From: Callorhinchus milii
Lineage: Eukaryota
Length of the DNA stretch: 64,000 nucleotides
Assembly: GCF_018977255.1 (NCBI RefSeq)
Contig: NW_024704743.1
Coordinates: forward strand, 44,084,001-44,148,000
Direction of reading: 5' to 3'
Shown: one piece after another, positions 49,535 through 62,269 of the stretch
Layout: every line of letters begins with the position of its first letter
Numbering within the stretch: the stretch's first letter is position 1
Made by a program: the position numbers and the translations under genes
Notes under the pieces: model-generated
Seen by the model: only the letters and a program-made list of their open reading frames with translations
The model's database searches: none
Told to the model about the DNA's origin: nothing

Positions 49535-50150
49535 CAGTTGAAGCCGCTTTAACCAGATGCCAGTTAACCTCGGACGCCGGGTAAATTGGAAAAGAGGGCC
49601 GGCCTCAATTCATTTGTATTCTTCCCCATTTTAAATATGCTGGTTGATTCGTACAGGAATCCAGTTAATCTGGACAAAATGCCACAGTATTCGCTGTTCA
49701 ATGTTTTCACTCGTGCTTCTGGGTCTCGAGCAGCTCCATTCAGCCACGAGCAGCTACGGGATGGAGATGGAAAGGAGTTAAATTGTGATTGATTGACAGT
49801 TGACTCCAGCCATTCACAAGCAGCTGGAGTTGGGTTGTCAATCAGTGAGGGGTGCGGAGGAACGGGGAAGAAACAAGGGAGGAAATGGCAGGAGTCAAAT
49901 CACGATTGATTGACAGTTGAGCAACTTGTGAATGGCTGGAGCCCAAACATTGACAAGCGGCTGCAGGTTGTCAACAACCTCGGCCGCTGCTAACTGATCC
50001 CCTTCCTGTCCAATGGGAGCGGCAATGGAAAGGGGGGGCGGTGCCGCTGCTGCTGCTCTGCTGGGCTGGAAGAGGTAACAGAACCTTGGATGCCTCTTAG
50101 GCCAGACAAAATGGTCGGCCCCCATGTGTCCATCTTAACCGGCTTCCCTG
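49535..50150. mobile_element. Tc1/mariner (Tigger/pogo-like) non-autonomous element, 616 bp
   Basis: TA|cagttgaagccgcttt ... ttaaccggcttccctg|TA: imperfect TIRs with TA on both sides. Confidence 0.7.
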
Positions 50151-50253
50151 TATTTCCATTGGGTTGTGTATTATGGTAAAACGCTGATTAAAAGGAATAA
50201 TAACTTAACTATAAAACCAGTTTAAAGGGGTTTCCTTCACGGCAGGTAATTCT

Positions 50254-50625
50254 AATAATAATAATCCTTGCATTTGATATAGTGCCTTATCACATCGTTG
50301 AGAGGTCTCAAAACACTTCACAGACTATTCTGTAAAGTAGATAGATATATATACTGTATATTTTGTGGGAGAAACATGGCAGCCATTTGAGCACAGCAGA
50401 CTCCCACTAACAGTTGTGGATTGATTGACCACTTTTTTTTAGAAGGGATTATTACCCCCAGAAAACGATCTGCCAGTTGACTAACAACTGGGTTCCTGCT
50501 TATTGCTAGCTAAACAGAGGTGTGTGGAGTAAGGAAACTTACCTAAGGTTTCACCCTGCCTGGGAATTGAACCAGGTTCTCCATCTTGTGAGGCAAGTGC
50601 TCTAACCAATACACTACAGGACTCC
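50254..50625 (-). mobile_element. Full-length long-variant DeuSINE with TSD aattct
   Basis: aattct at 50248-50253 and 50626-50631. Confidence 0.9.
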
Positions 50626-51534
50626 AATTCTTCTGGGAATAGCTGTATCAGCCAAAGGAGTAAGGGGTATACAGCATCAGTAGCAATTAATCGTGGCACA
50701 GCTATGGCTCAGTGTTCCTAGGAATCTGCAGCAACAGGGAAAAGGGGGTAGACTTGGAACTGATATAATGCACCACACATTAACTGAATACAGAAGGGAA
50801 GATTGATAACATCATTGTGGAAGACAAGGCACATATTCATCATGTACTGACCCTGGACACAGTAACTAGTGTTGGAGAACTTGTCAAAGGGTTCATATAT
50901 AATACATGTGAAGGATGTGTAAAAGGTTAGTACTGCATATAACACCATATTTATAACAATGGGATCATCATTCACATTTTAACACATGAAAGGGGATTAG
51001 CTTCAGACTGTGGGTAGAAGGACATTTTCTTTTTAGTAAATTCTTCATTGGTTTTGAGGAAAGTAAATTTTGCCTCGTTTCTCTGACAAATCATCCACCA
51101 CAACACAAAAATGTTAGCGAGAAGAGTGAGATGTGCAAACAGATTTATCTGCTATAATTGACAATCATCACCATAACAACGAGAACCAAGCCATTGCAAA
51201 TAACTACTTTGATCCACTATGTACTGTATTTACACAGACATAAGATGATAACCTAAATTCTCTGCACTGGCTTCATAGGTGCTTGTAAATGATTTCCAAA
51301 TTATAATGCCAATTTCTCAGCGCAGATGATGAATACCCAGTATTACTGTTTGTCAGTAACAGTTGTAACAACTATGCTCCTAGTGGTCTTTTGAAATTCT
51401 ACCAATGATTTGTACCAGTACTTGTAATTGTTACTTTTATTGTTATTTTAGGGTGTTAATCTGTTCATTCTTCCAGTTTCAAATGTATCACCTCTGAAAA
51501 GGAATTAAAAAGAGCTAAAATGTCGTACAATATA

Positions 51535-51927
51535 ATAATATATAAATAATCCTTGCATTTGATATAGCACATTTCACGTCTTCTAGATGTCTAAAAGCGC
51601 TTCACAGAATATACTGTAAAGTGAATTGACTATATACTTGTGGATGAAACGCGGCAGCCAATTACACACAGCAGTGTCCCACAAACAGTCGTGGAATGAC
51701 TGACCCATTTATTATTATTATTATTTTGAAGGAATTATTACCCCTGGAAAAGCAATCCATCAATTGTCGAACAACCAGGCTCCTATACTTACTGCTAGGC
51801 TAAACAGAGAGATGTCGAGTAAGGAAGCTTGCCCAACATTTCGCCCAACATTTCACCCTACTGGGAATCGACCATGGGTCTCTTGTGAGGCGAGGCGAGT
51901 GCTCTAACCATTGAGCTACAGGACTCC
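51535..51927 (-). mobile_element. Full-length long-variant DeuSINE
   Basis: tRNA head, long internal segment, Deu core and tail. Confidence 0.9.
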
Positions 51928-52587
51928 TAATATGCCGGAATAAACAATTCTAGTGTAGGCAGTGCAAAAAATGGCAAATATTCTAATTGTGAACATGAAC
52001 TTGACAACGCCTCTGACTCAAGTGCATGCAGTGAGTGTTATAATGTCTTGCAGACCCCATGTTCTATCACTTAAAACTATAGATGCACTGAAGTTTCAAT
52101 GATCGCAACTAACCATTGCTAAACATGTATTGTAATTTTATGACTACAAATCATGTACAGATGTTCAGTGTATGCATGCTCCAAAGCCAATTGAGCTGCT
52201 TTTACCCTTGTAAATGATTCTTGTCCATCAGAACAGTTAGTAGATCGGTGTGATTTTAGGGACCACAAAGAACCTTGTGGAAGGAGATTCTCCAACCATC
52301 TGTAAATTTAAACACCTACTGGTGATTCTCCATTAACCTAAAATTCCATTCCAACTCATTGACAAAATCAGGAAATTCACTGACAACTAAAGAATCACCC
52401 TTCAAGTATGAAGGAAGAAGTATGTAGTAAAGAGGTGCAATGGAAACAAAAGGAGAGGATTCAGTCCATTGGCCTATTTCACCATTTATAAGATTATGAC
52501 AGTTCTATTTATCACACTTCACCACATTTTCATTATATCCCTGAATGCAATTCAAGTGGTAAAATGTTAGAATATTCTGTGTAGAAT

Positions 52588-53131
52588 GTCCTCACCGGTC
52601 TCCTATCCACCACCATCCATAAAATCCAAATCATCCAAAACTCTGCCGCCCGCATTCTCACCCGCACCAAACTACGTTCCCCAATTACCCCAGCCCTTGC
52701 CAGACTACACTGGCTGCCTATCCCAGAGAGGATCGACTTCAAGATCCTCATCCTTGTATTCAAGTCCCTACACTCCTCTGCACCCCCCTACCTCTCTGAC
52801 CTCTTCTCTCCTCAAAACAGTACCTGTTGCCTTTGTTCCTCCAGGTCTGGCCTCCTCCTTGTCCCCCGAATCCTCCGCTCTACCCTCGGCAGCCGTGCCT
52901 TCAGCCACTATGTCCCGAAGCTCTGGAATTCCCTTCCTCACTCCCTTTGCCTCGCCCCCTCTCTTCCTACTTTCAGGTCCCTACTGAAGACCTTTCGTTT
53001 TGACCGCGCCTTTGGTCAGCTTCCTCCCCCTCCCCCTGGCTCAGCCCTGGGATTCGTTACTGTGAAGCGCTCTGAGACGCCGTCCGGCGTGGAGGGCGCT
53101 ATATACATCCAAGTTGTTGTTGTTATTGTTG
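52588..53131 (+). mobile_element. L2 3' fragment, (GTT)n subfamily
   Basis: Close relative of 20265-20862. Confidence 0.92.
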
Positions 53132-53487
53132 TGTAGATTTAAGGTGTATAACTTCACACCTAGCTGGTCATATGACAATTTTCCGTTCTAATACTGAGTT
53201 TCACCTTTAGTTCTATGCCTAGAGGAGACAGATTAACACCCTAAAGTAAAGTAATAATTATAAGTACAGTACTTTGAGATGTCCTCCTGACGTGAAAGGT
53301 GCTATATAAATGTAACATTATTTATTTACTAGTTATATGTAACAGCATTTGTTAAAACCAAATAATATTTTTCCTTCTTCAATAGCTCCTCTTCTTTTTC
53401 CTTCTTGCAGTCCAGCAAGGCTCAGCTTCCAAAAATAAACTAACTCAATATACAACAGAGATTGAACAAACGACCTTCTGTTCTCAG

Positions 53488-54586
53488 CAGAGCCAGATTA
53501 AGGGATTTGGGGGCCTAAAACAGATCACACATTTGGGTCCTTAGAACTAAGAACACAAAATATGCAGTAATACCTTTTTAAATACTTTCTTGCATGACTT
53601 AATTGTTGCAAACATGATCAAAACTTAATTTAAGTGTCATGCTCAATTGACAGGATTGAGAGTGCATTCAATCTAATCTGGATCATTGTAGATCTGAAGG
53701 AGTTTTTGATGAGACTCATCTTTGAGTACAAGCATTTACCTTCACAGACTGTTACTGGTCGTGTTAAGACAATATGAAGAACAGCTGCCACATTTTGAAA
53801 TGTTGATTCCGTCAACTTATTCTGTTTCTCACAAGACTTTCTCATAGTTAATATGAAAGCTGCCACATGGCTCCTGCTCTCCACGCTGCCTCTTACCACA
53901 TCTGACCTCTTGGATCTATGAGTCATACTTCCTGCTCTGCCCCTCCTGCTGTCATTCACGCACTGCCTCTCACCAGATTGTACGAAGCATGAAGCAGTCC
54001 GGTGAGTAACAGCAGGAGATGCATCAGATGGAGCTGCATAGAAACACAGAAATAGGAGTAAGCCATTCAGCCCCTCAAGCCTGTTCTGTCATTCTATAAG
54101 ATCATGGCTGATCTGTACCTCAACTCCAATTTCCTGCCCTTAATATCCTTACCTAACATATAGATACCTAACAAATAGATACAGATAGATATAGGTACCA
54201 GACATAACTCCCGCTCTGACCCTCCTGCTGTCACTCACGCACTGCCTCTCACCAGCTTTTCTGCGCTGCGCACAGCCTCGTGCCTCGAACAAACTGATCG
54301 TGAGTGACAGCAAGAGAGGCGGAGTTGGAGTTTTGACTCAGGTCTCCAACAACAACAACAACTTGCATTTATATACCGCCCCTCATGCAGGGTAGCGTCC
54401 CAGAATCCAACTCCATCCCTCTTCCCATTGCTCATCTTGCTGTGGTGCCTTATAACAGAGGAAGATGGTTGCAGCCAGGGGGTAAAGGCATTAATCATAG
54501 TCGGGGGCCCTCAGACCTCGGGGGCCCCTTCAGGCCTTAGGCCCCTAAGCCATGGCTCACCTGGTTTGTTGGTTAATCCAGCGCTG
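53488..54586. mobile_element. hAT-type non-autonomous DNA transposon with nested CR1 (about 54039-54160) and L2 (about 54348-54402) tails
   Basis: TIRs cagagccagattaa / ttaatccagcgctg (11/14), 8-bp TSD gttctcag / ggtctcaa (6/8), and subterminal gggggccc repeats. Confidence 0.7.
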
Positions 54587-55284
54587 GGTCTCAATTTAAT
54601 GCTGTAATAGGAAGAGGGCTAGTTGGACTAGTCTGGGAAAATAAAATCAAACTGGCTGAAGATCAATTCTTTATCTGAACCTCTCTTGTGATCTTGTGAA
54701 ACGCTAGATGTTTTATAGGAAACAATCTTGTACCAGGCAGTACAGAAGCAAATGTTGTTGAATACAGTATTTTATTTGATTGGCAGTGGGTGTTTATAAA
54801 GGCAGCCAATGTTGGCACATTGTGAGCTAACAGTTGCCTATTGTGCTCCTTGGCTTCACTACATAATAACATTAACATCCGGAGCATGGAATTAAAGCTC
54901 GCCTGAGAGCACATTACATTACAGAGAACAGAAGGTATACAACCATGGCAAAAGGATGTTGGAAAATATCTGCAATGCATTAGTTATTCATTGCAAGTTG
55001 ATGGCAGTGGAAATGTAAACAAATGCTGAACCGTAAATATGTTGCAACTAGAATTGTTATATCTGAAGCGCAAGTCAGAAATATGGTTGCTGATGTGAAT
55101 GGTTTAGGGAGTACAAACAGTGAGTGAACAGGAAACAACGTTAGATTTTGGAAATCAGTGTAAGATTGGAAAGTAGATTTAGGCTCACATAATATCAAGA
55201 GAGTTCTGATGAAAATTACCATTCAGCCCATTCTATCTCATTTGATCTCCACGTTCCAAAATACACACCCCAACATTGACGTGT

Positions 55285-55660
55285 CAGCCCGACTCAGTTG
55301 CTAGCACTCTTGCCTCTGAATCAGAAGGTTGTGGGTTAAAGTCCCGAATCAGGACTTGGAACTCACATAGTTGAGCTGTCACTCCAACCAGCACTGGCAT
55401 CTCATCTGAGGGACCACTCCTCCAACAATTCAGGCAATATTCATAAAAAGAAGGGAGTGTTTCCCAGTGTACTAGCCAACAACCCCCCAAATAAAATTTG
55501 AGTTTTAGAGGATATCCACCTGAGCTGATTGCTGGCAAATGAAGTTCAATATAAATAATACAATGCTCTATGTCCTGACCAAGAATCCCCGGAATAAAAT
55601 TGGTCATTCACTTCATTGGCTATTTGTGGAATATTGCTGTGTGCAAACTGGCTGCTGAAC
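55285..55660 (+). mobile_element. Old DeuSINE with an internal CR1-derived fragment of about 65 bp
   Basis: Head gactcagttgctagcactcttgcctctgaatcagaaggttgtggg and Deu core. Confidence 0.7.
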
Positions 55661-56019
55661 TCACCTATTGTTGGATACACTTTTAGAAAATAAGGACCAA
55701 TTAACTAGGACTAATGAAAGGGGATCAGGAGGTAGAAAAAAGCAGGATGCAGGGAGAACTGATTGGAGGGTTTTTGGTTGAATTGTTTGATTTGTAACTT
55801 GTGAGCTGAGAATAAAAGAGTTTTCTACATATTCTACACCTATAACATGGTCACTACACATTACGATAAATCCTATGAAGCACTTTGAGATGTCCAGCCA
55901 ATGTGAAAAGCTCTGTATCAAATGCAAGAATTATTATTATGATTCTATCAACCACCCAAGAGAGCATAAAATGTTTCTTATTCCAATTCAATGCAATCTA
56001 ACCCAAGCTGTTTTTCCTC

Positions 56020-57270
56020 CAAAATGCTACCTATCCTGCAACTCTCCCACTCTGTCCTCCTCTCTCTCCGTCCTCCTCGCTTCCGATCCCCATGTGATCG
56101 TCCACCCTCTCCCCATCTCTCCCTCACACTCCAGTCCCTACCCATCCCTTCCTCCACACCTTTGAACCTGTCTCCCCCACCTCTCTCACCACCACTATAA
56201 CCCACATGAAGCCCACCACTTGCTCCCTCGACTCCATCCCTACCCCTCTCCATATCCCCCAGCTCGACCTATTTGCCCCTTTACTCCTAGACCTTGTCTG
56301 TATGTGGACGACACCCAACTCTATCTCTCTGCCTCCAACCTTGACTCCATAACCACTGCTGTTCTGACAGAATGTCTGTCAGACATCAAGTCCTGGATGA
56401 GAGCCAACTTTCTCCAGTTGAATGTCAAAAAGACCATGGCTCTCCTGATTGGTTCCCAGAGCCTCTACACCTCAAGTACTGACAACATCACCATCCATGA
56501 TGCACACTCCACCTTGCTAAGCCAGGACGGAACCTTGGCATCTTGTTCGACCCTCAAATGTCTTTCTCCCCCATATCCATGCCATGACCAGCTCTGCCTT
56601 CCCCCACCTCCACAACATCGCCCAACTCCACCACTGCCTCACCTCTCAGGCTGCCGAAACCTTCATACATGCCTTCATTACAACCAGGCTCGACTATGCC
56701 AATGTTCTGCTTATCGGCCTTCCCAACTCTTCCCTCCACAAGCTGCAGATCATCCAGAACTATGCAGCTTGTGTTCTCGCCTGCAACTAGGCTCTGTGAC
56801 TTCATCACCCCCACCTTCGCCCGGCTCCACTGGCTCCCCATTCCCTCAGAGGATCAAGGTTAAAATTCTCGTCCTCACCTTCAAGGCCCTCCATGGCCTT
56901 GCCCCCTTCTACCTCTCCAGCTTGCTAACCCCTTATCAACTTGTCCGCTCTGGCCTGCTCCATGTCCCCCACCCAACCCACTCCACCATCAGCGGTGGGG
57001 CCATCAGCTTCTCTGCCCCCACCCTCTGGAACTCCATCCCAAATTCCCTTCACCTTGTTCCCTCCCTTGCCTTCTTCAAGGCATGACTTAAGACCCTCCT
57101 CTTCGACCATGCCTTCCACCACCCTCCTACCCCCACCCTCCCTGCCCTCCACCCTCCCTGATCCCAAACCCTCCACCCAGCTCAGGTCCTAATCCCTGAC
57201 TGTTCAGCGCCTTGGGACGTCCTCCTGACGTGAAAGGCACTTTACAAATGTAATTTTGTATTGTATTGTA
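56020..57270 (+). mobile_element. L2 LINE 3' part, apparently internally deleted
   Basis: MKPTTCSLDSIPT linker, then LYVDDTQLYL...CLSDIKSWM..NFLQLN, ITTRLDYAN and QRIKVKIL...LWNSIP. Confidence 0.92.
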
Positions 57271-57529
57271 TTTGGGCATAGTGAACAATTCAACAATTAA
57301 CATCCCTTGTAAAGTGTGATTCCCATTCAAAATAATAATCCTTGAATTTGATATATCGCTTTGCCTTATCTTTGTTGAAATGTCTCAAACTGCTTCACAG
57401 GATTTTACTGTAAAGTATGGTGACTGTGTATTTTGTAGACAAACGCAGCTGCCAATTTGCACACAGCAATGTCCCACAAACAGCCTCAAAGTGAATAATA
57501 GATTTTATCTGGGAGATTATTGGTCAGAA

Positions 57530-58210
57530 CATGGTGTCTTGTTTGACTCTCAACTATCCTTTCTACCCCACATCCATGCCATGACCCTCTCTGCCTTCCC
57601 CCACCTCCGCAACATCGTCCAGCTCCCCCACTGACTCACACCGCAGGCCGCCTAGACCGTCATACACGCATTCACTACATCCAGGCTTGATTATGCAAAC
57701 GCCCTGCTTGTCAGCCTCCCCAATTCCTCCCTCCATAAGCTGCAGATCATCCAGAACCAGGCTCCATGACCCTAACACCCCCATCCTCGCTCAACTCAAT
57801 GGTTTCCCATCACACAGAGGATACTGTTCAAGATCCTGGTCCTCATAATCAACTCCCTCCATGGTCTTGCTCTCCCCTACCTCTGTGACCTCCTTACCCC
57901 CTACCAACCTGCCCGCTCCCTCCGCTCAGCAGGCTCCGGCCTGCTTTACGTCCCCCACCTCACCCGCCCCACCATTGGCGGGTGGACCGTCAGCCACTCT
58001 GCCCCCACCCTCTGGAACTCCAACCCACAGTCCCTTCACCTCACCCCCTCCCTTGCTTCCTTCAAGATCCATCTCAAGATGCTCCTCTTCGACCATGCCT
58101 TCTTTCACCCTCCCCGATCACGACCCCCAGCTCGGGTCCAAAACACTGATTGTCCAGTGCCTTGGATCATCCTCCGACTCGAAAGACACTACACAAATTT
58201 TGTTGTTGTT
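57530..58210 (+). mobile_element. L2 3' fragment (preceded by a minus-strand DeuSINE remnant at about 57330-57520)
   Basis: GVLFDSQLSFLPHI...; similar to 56540-57270. Confidence 0.9.
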
Positions 58211-61200
58211 TCTCAAATTCAGTACCTTGTTGCTTATTTATATTGAACCTCATTTGCCACCAATCAGCCCAGGTGCATATCCTCTAAAACTCTCTTTAAT
58301 TTGATAGAAGCAGAATCTATTGAAGGAACAGTTCCAGAAATGCAAATGAGGAAGACCAGTCTGAAATCTGTTGTAACATTACTTTTCATTTTCAAATATA
58401 CATAAAATTATTAAAATGTACGTTTTGAAAAGGCTTATCAGTATTCTGCTCTTTATTTCTTTGCTTTGAGGAGGATTATTTCAGTTTTATAACTCTTTTG
58501 GTATGCCCCAAAGGGTACAGTTCTGATTGGTAAAATTCAAGAAATTGGAAACAAAATTTACAAAGAGAGAAGAGGTAGTTTGGGGACTTGGTTTTATGAA
58601 AATGTGGCTTACTTACTTCATGGCTGATGTACTTCATGTTTTTGTATATCAGTAGAAATACAAGCAATGTTACTTTTCGAAGCAAGCAGTATACATTTAA
58701 TGTGGAGTTAATATGTAGCCAGATTATCTGGGGGCCAGATTATGTCAACAACTTCAAGAGCAAAGTTATTCGGTACATAATAATCCTTACATTTAGTATA
58801 ATTTATTTCACTTCGGGAAGACGACTCAAAGTGTTTCTCAGGATATAATGTAAATTGGTATCACTGTGTGTTTGGTGAGCAAATGCAGCAGCCAAGATGC
58901 ACATAGAGGCAATGTCCCACAAACAGCCATGAAGAAAACAACCAATTTTGTGATGATGATGGTGATGGTGGGAATAGAGGAAATGAAAGATAGTAAGCAA
59001 CAATAGAAAATGGGGCCGGTTAGGTGGATCGCGATTTGATCCTGTCAGATATAGTGACTTGCATTGGTACTAAAACTGCCATGTCTATTTGAAGGTTACT
59101 ACCTGGTAGAGAAGAGACGTTTATTGCAGATCAGTCAAAGAGATTGCCTTGAGACACCATCAGGAGAAAAGATCATATCTTTGTAATGCCTTTTATGGGA
59201 AGATTTGATACTTTTCGTACTCAGGTTGTGTTGGTTAGTGCTAAGGATTTTCTGCCAAAATCCTACATTGGGAACAAGAAGCAACTGTTAAAGAAATCCT
59301 TGAATTAATTGAAACAGGAGAGTCCTCAAGTTTCCTGAATATGGGAAAACAAATTGACTTAGTAAATGTTTTCCTCAGAATGGCACTGAGTTGTTGATAA
59401 ATGTGCTGGCTGGGAACATACAGAATTGAGCTTTCATTCTTCCTCTGATTCATCCTTACATCCCGCTTACAGTTTATTCATTTTTTTTCAACAAGTATGC
59501 TATCTGGAGTGTCTTTACGGTGGGAATGTTGAGCTTTCATGCTACAAATATTGTAAATAAAACTAACAATCCCTCGAATAAAATTGGTCATTCACTTCGT
59601 GCCTGTTTGTGGGGCATTACTGTGAGCAAAATTGGCTGCAGAGTTTATCCACAAATTCAAAGCCAATCCATTTCATAGTAAATCCTGTGAAGCACTTTGG
59701 GACATCCTACCATTGTGAAAGGCACAAATACAAGGATTATTATTATTATTAGAGCAGAACCACCTGAGCCAAACAGGTACTGACACACAGGGAAACAGAC
59801 TTGGTTCACAAACAGTGCTTTATTCACCTCATCGCTCATCAGATCCTGAATTAGCTGCCTCTGAGTGCCAGTCCCAAAGTCTGTTGCAAAATTAAACAAC
59901 AACTTGCATTTATGTAGTGCTGCGATAGTTCTCCCCACTAAATATATACCCACATGATGACAAAGTGCACAGTGTGCTAAGTGGCCTCTGTGCAGATCCT
60001 TCTCTGTGACATGCAAGTTCCCTCTCTGAGTGAACTCCACTAAATGAGAATGAACACGACAGGCAATCCCAATGCCTTATATTCCAACAATGGGATACTT
60101 CAATCGGTGCCCTTCGCATTACCAGACAGCTGACTCCACAGTAACCTGTTTGTGTCTCAACCTCCTTGAATTTAACAGAGCACGTATAGAAAACTCAACG
60201 GTATTTTATTGGTCCTTAAAACCCTATGCCATACTTATACTGCGTGAAACAAGAAAACGGTTGTAACGTTAAGAAATAGAAAAACCTGGACACCATAACT
60301 GTGACACAAGCAGCTTTACATGAAGTTAGTAGACAAAGAAAAAACAATCTTGATCTTGACAAGGCTCTCAGGTCAGGCACGTACCTTCTTGATGACACTA
60401 AAGGTGAAGAGCAACCCAGAGTTCAACGAACCGCCTCCTTTTATATTTTTCTAACTCCTCCCCTTTTCAATGTATCACTTGACAATCTTTTCCCTCCATT
60501 TCCAATCTCCTCCCTTTCCAAGGTATCACTTGGTTCCTGCTCCAGGACCCATGTGATCCTTTCCTGCCTTTTCTGTTGCAACACTCATCCAGCTCACAGA
60601 CTCTGTGTTGTCAAGGCTGTACCGCTTTAAAATTATATTCTGGTCCCTAGACCATAATTGCACTTAAAGCAAAAGTGTCTTATTTTACACAAACTCTGTG
60701 TACACAGACTATCTACAGCAAATGTCATTAGAAAGGGGTAGAGTGTTAATTAAAACAAGGGGAACCATCACACAGGTTAGTATCTTGGAGTGCTGAAAAT
60801 CATCTCTGCTATCTCTTTCTCCCTCTAACTTTACATTGGTCTCATATGTCACATGTAGCTCAATCAATTGCCACCCCAGTGAGTGAAAAGTCAGATCCAG
60901 CAACATTTTATTCTTGCAAATAAGAGTTAATTGTAAAATAGTTCTGGTTGGTTACCACTTTACTATTCTTGGATAATAGCATTGTGATGTTGGAACATGG
61001 TAGTAAATCCGTAAAGACATAAATGTATTGAACTAGTAAGTAGAGTAGATTTGCTTTGTAGCAGATCTTGCATGCAGCATCTATTTATAGATCAACCATA
61101 GACATGCTGGTTTCCCTTATGCTGAACAAAATCTAGAAGTGAGGCTGTGTCATAGTCAAGGATAAAAGTGTCAGTGTAAGTTGCAATGAAAACAACAACA

Positions 61201-62269
61201 ACAACAAGATTACATTTGCATAGCGCCTTTCACGTCAGATGGACGTCCCAAGGCACTGCCAAGGCTACATCAAAACTACATAACTGATATTACTTTATTA
61301 TGAAGTAAAATACAATGCAACAGCCTAGTCTCATTAAAGCGATGATGTGGTCACATTCCTGACTTTATTCAGGGACCTGCTGTCCCACTGCCCTGTGGAG
61401 TATATACTATACATAAATACATTGCCCAATGTGACAGAGCAGCACCGCTGAGAATGAGGAAAAAGGGTCATGGTGTTTCGTGTTTGGGAAGTGCAGATCT
61501 GTGACTAGACTGGAAAGTAGACCACGTATAAATATTATACTAGATTATTCACGGGAACGTTTCTTGACTTCAGTCAACAAGGGTATTGTGCTTGTTATTA
61601 TTACAGGAATAACCCAGAAGCATGTTTAATGGATCCAGTCCCATTTTGGTAAGCATTTGCCAAAATCAGCTACTTCCTTCTCCTGCAGAACTGTTATACC
61701 TCAAGACTGGAGCTTTGTTTTTTAAGTTGGGTGTCGGCATAGCTCAGCTGGTAGCACTCTTGTCTCTGTATCAAATGGCTGTGGGTTACGATCATTTGCA
61801 ATGCTCTGTACCATTGGTACAAGTACCTCATTAAATCTGAAAGGGTGTGTTACGAATTAATCACTCAGAAATCTGCCCAGCAGCTCTATGAATAACTTCT
61901 TTCTTCCTGTTCAGGTCATTTTGTTTTTTAAAAAAAGGCCAAGAATCAAGTCTGAAAATGCTACTAAACCTGTGAACATGATGAAAATTGCACTGATTTT
62001 CTTTCCCCCAGCAAAGCAAAAGTACATCTTGTCCCAGTTCATTGCAGGTCTCTGTTGCCACAACAGAATGAAGGGCAGGGTGTAACAATAACAAGGGACT
62101 TTATATTAGTTGTCTCAGAGTGTTTGCATCAATTATGAGCTGCTATAAATAAAACAAAATATTTGTATTGCATTGTTCAGCCTTTTTTCAAAAGAGAATG
62201 TAAATTTAAAAGTAGAATTTTGTCCCCAAATTGTTCCACCCTCATTTCCATAATGTAAAACATTCTTTA

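Noticed and set aside
56220..57086. 288-aa ORF, the longest in the window
   Set aside because: Frameshifted L2 ORF2 remnant, not an intact gene.
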